A stretch of 61,211 nucleotides of DNA, the filler included, from Sphacelaria rigidula (Eukaryota), in NCBI GenBank assembly GCA_964200075.2. It is 8 parts of 8 records of this genome, joined end to end, with 100 filler letters (N's around TTAATTAATTAA, not from the genome) between each part and the next. Parts side by side here need not be neighbours in the genome. Positions count along the whole stretch, not along the records: positions 53,649 to 61,211 come from CAXNAA020014318.1; 7 more parts are not named here. One strand, written 5' to 3'. The translations under genes were made by a program, and so were the position numbers. The notes beneath the pieces were generated by a model. That model saw only the letters and a program-made list of their open reading frames with translations, had not been told where the DNA came from and made no database searches. Shown here one piece after another: positions 61,142 to 61,211 of the stretch (its first letter is position 1; the number at the start of each line of letters is the position of its first letter).

Positions 61142-61211
<70 letters not shown>
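61142..61211. repeat. (ATT)n microsatellite
   Basis: Direct reading. Confidence 0.97.

Overview
Eukaryotic, repeat-rich DNA, most likely from a brown alga (Phaeophyceae). This is inferred from short exons in roughly 1-kb introns, TTAGGG repeats and brown-algal-type retroelements. The window is not one locus. It is eight unplaced contigs of 7565/7564/7564/7564/7564/7564/7563/7563 bp, sorted by length and joined by 100-bp N44-TTAATTAATTAA-N44 linkers, so neighbourhood across gaps is meaningless. Contig 1: a decayed multi-exon minus-strand gene with a SET-like motif, plus MITE-type repeats. Contig 2: six phase-0 exons of an ankyrin-repeat gene and a LINE 3' fragment. Contig 3: a shattered Ty3/Gypsy remnant with nested LINE, MITE and retroposon inserts. 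Contig 4: a complete but disabled chromodomain Gypsy element with 249-bp LTRs. Contig 5: the first five exons of an importin-5/4-like gene. Contig 6: exons of an SGNH/PAF-acetylhydrolase-like gene and satellites. Contig 7: mostly unassignable repeats. Contig 8: a Ty1/Copia element with an in-frame 5x99-bp repeat. The most interesting signals are (a) several retroposon families ending in TGAGTAC(A/G)-poly(C), one sharing its 3' tail with a LINE; (b) a ~250-bp GAC...GTC MITE family with 4-bp target duplications found inside retrotransposons; (c) a MITE carrying telomeric repeats. No CRISPR, rRNA or intact tRNA gene was seen. All calls come from reading the sequence by eye, without database searches.
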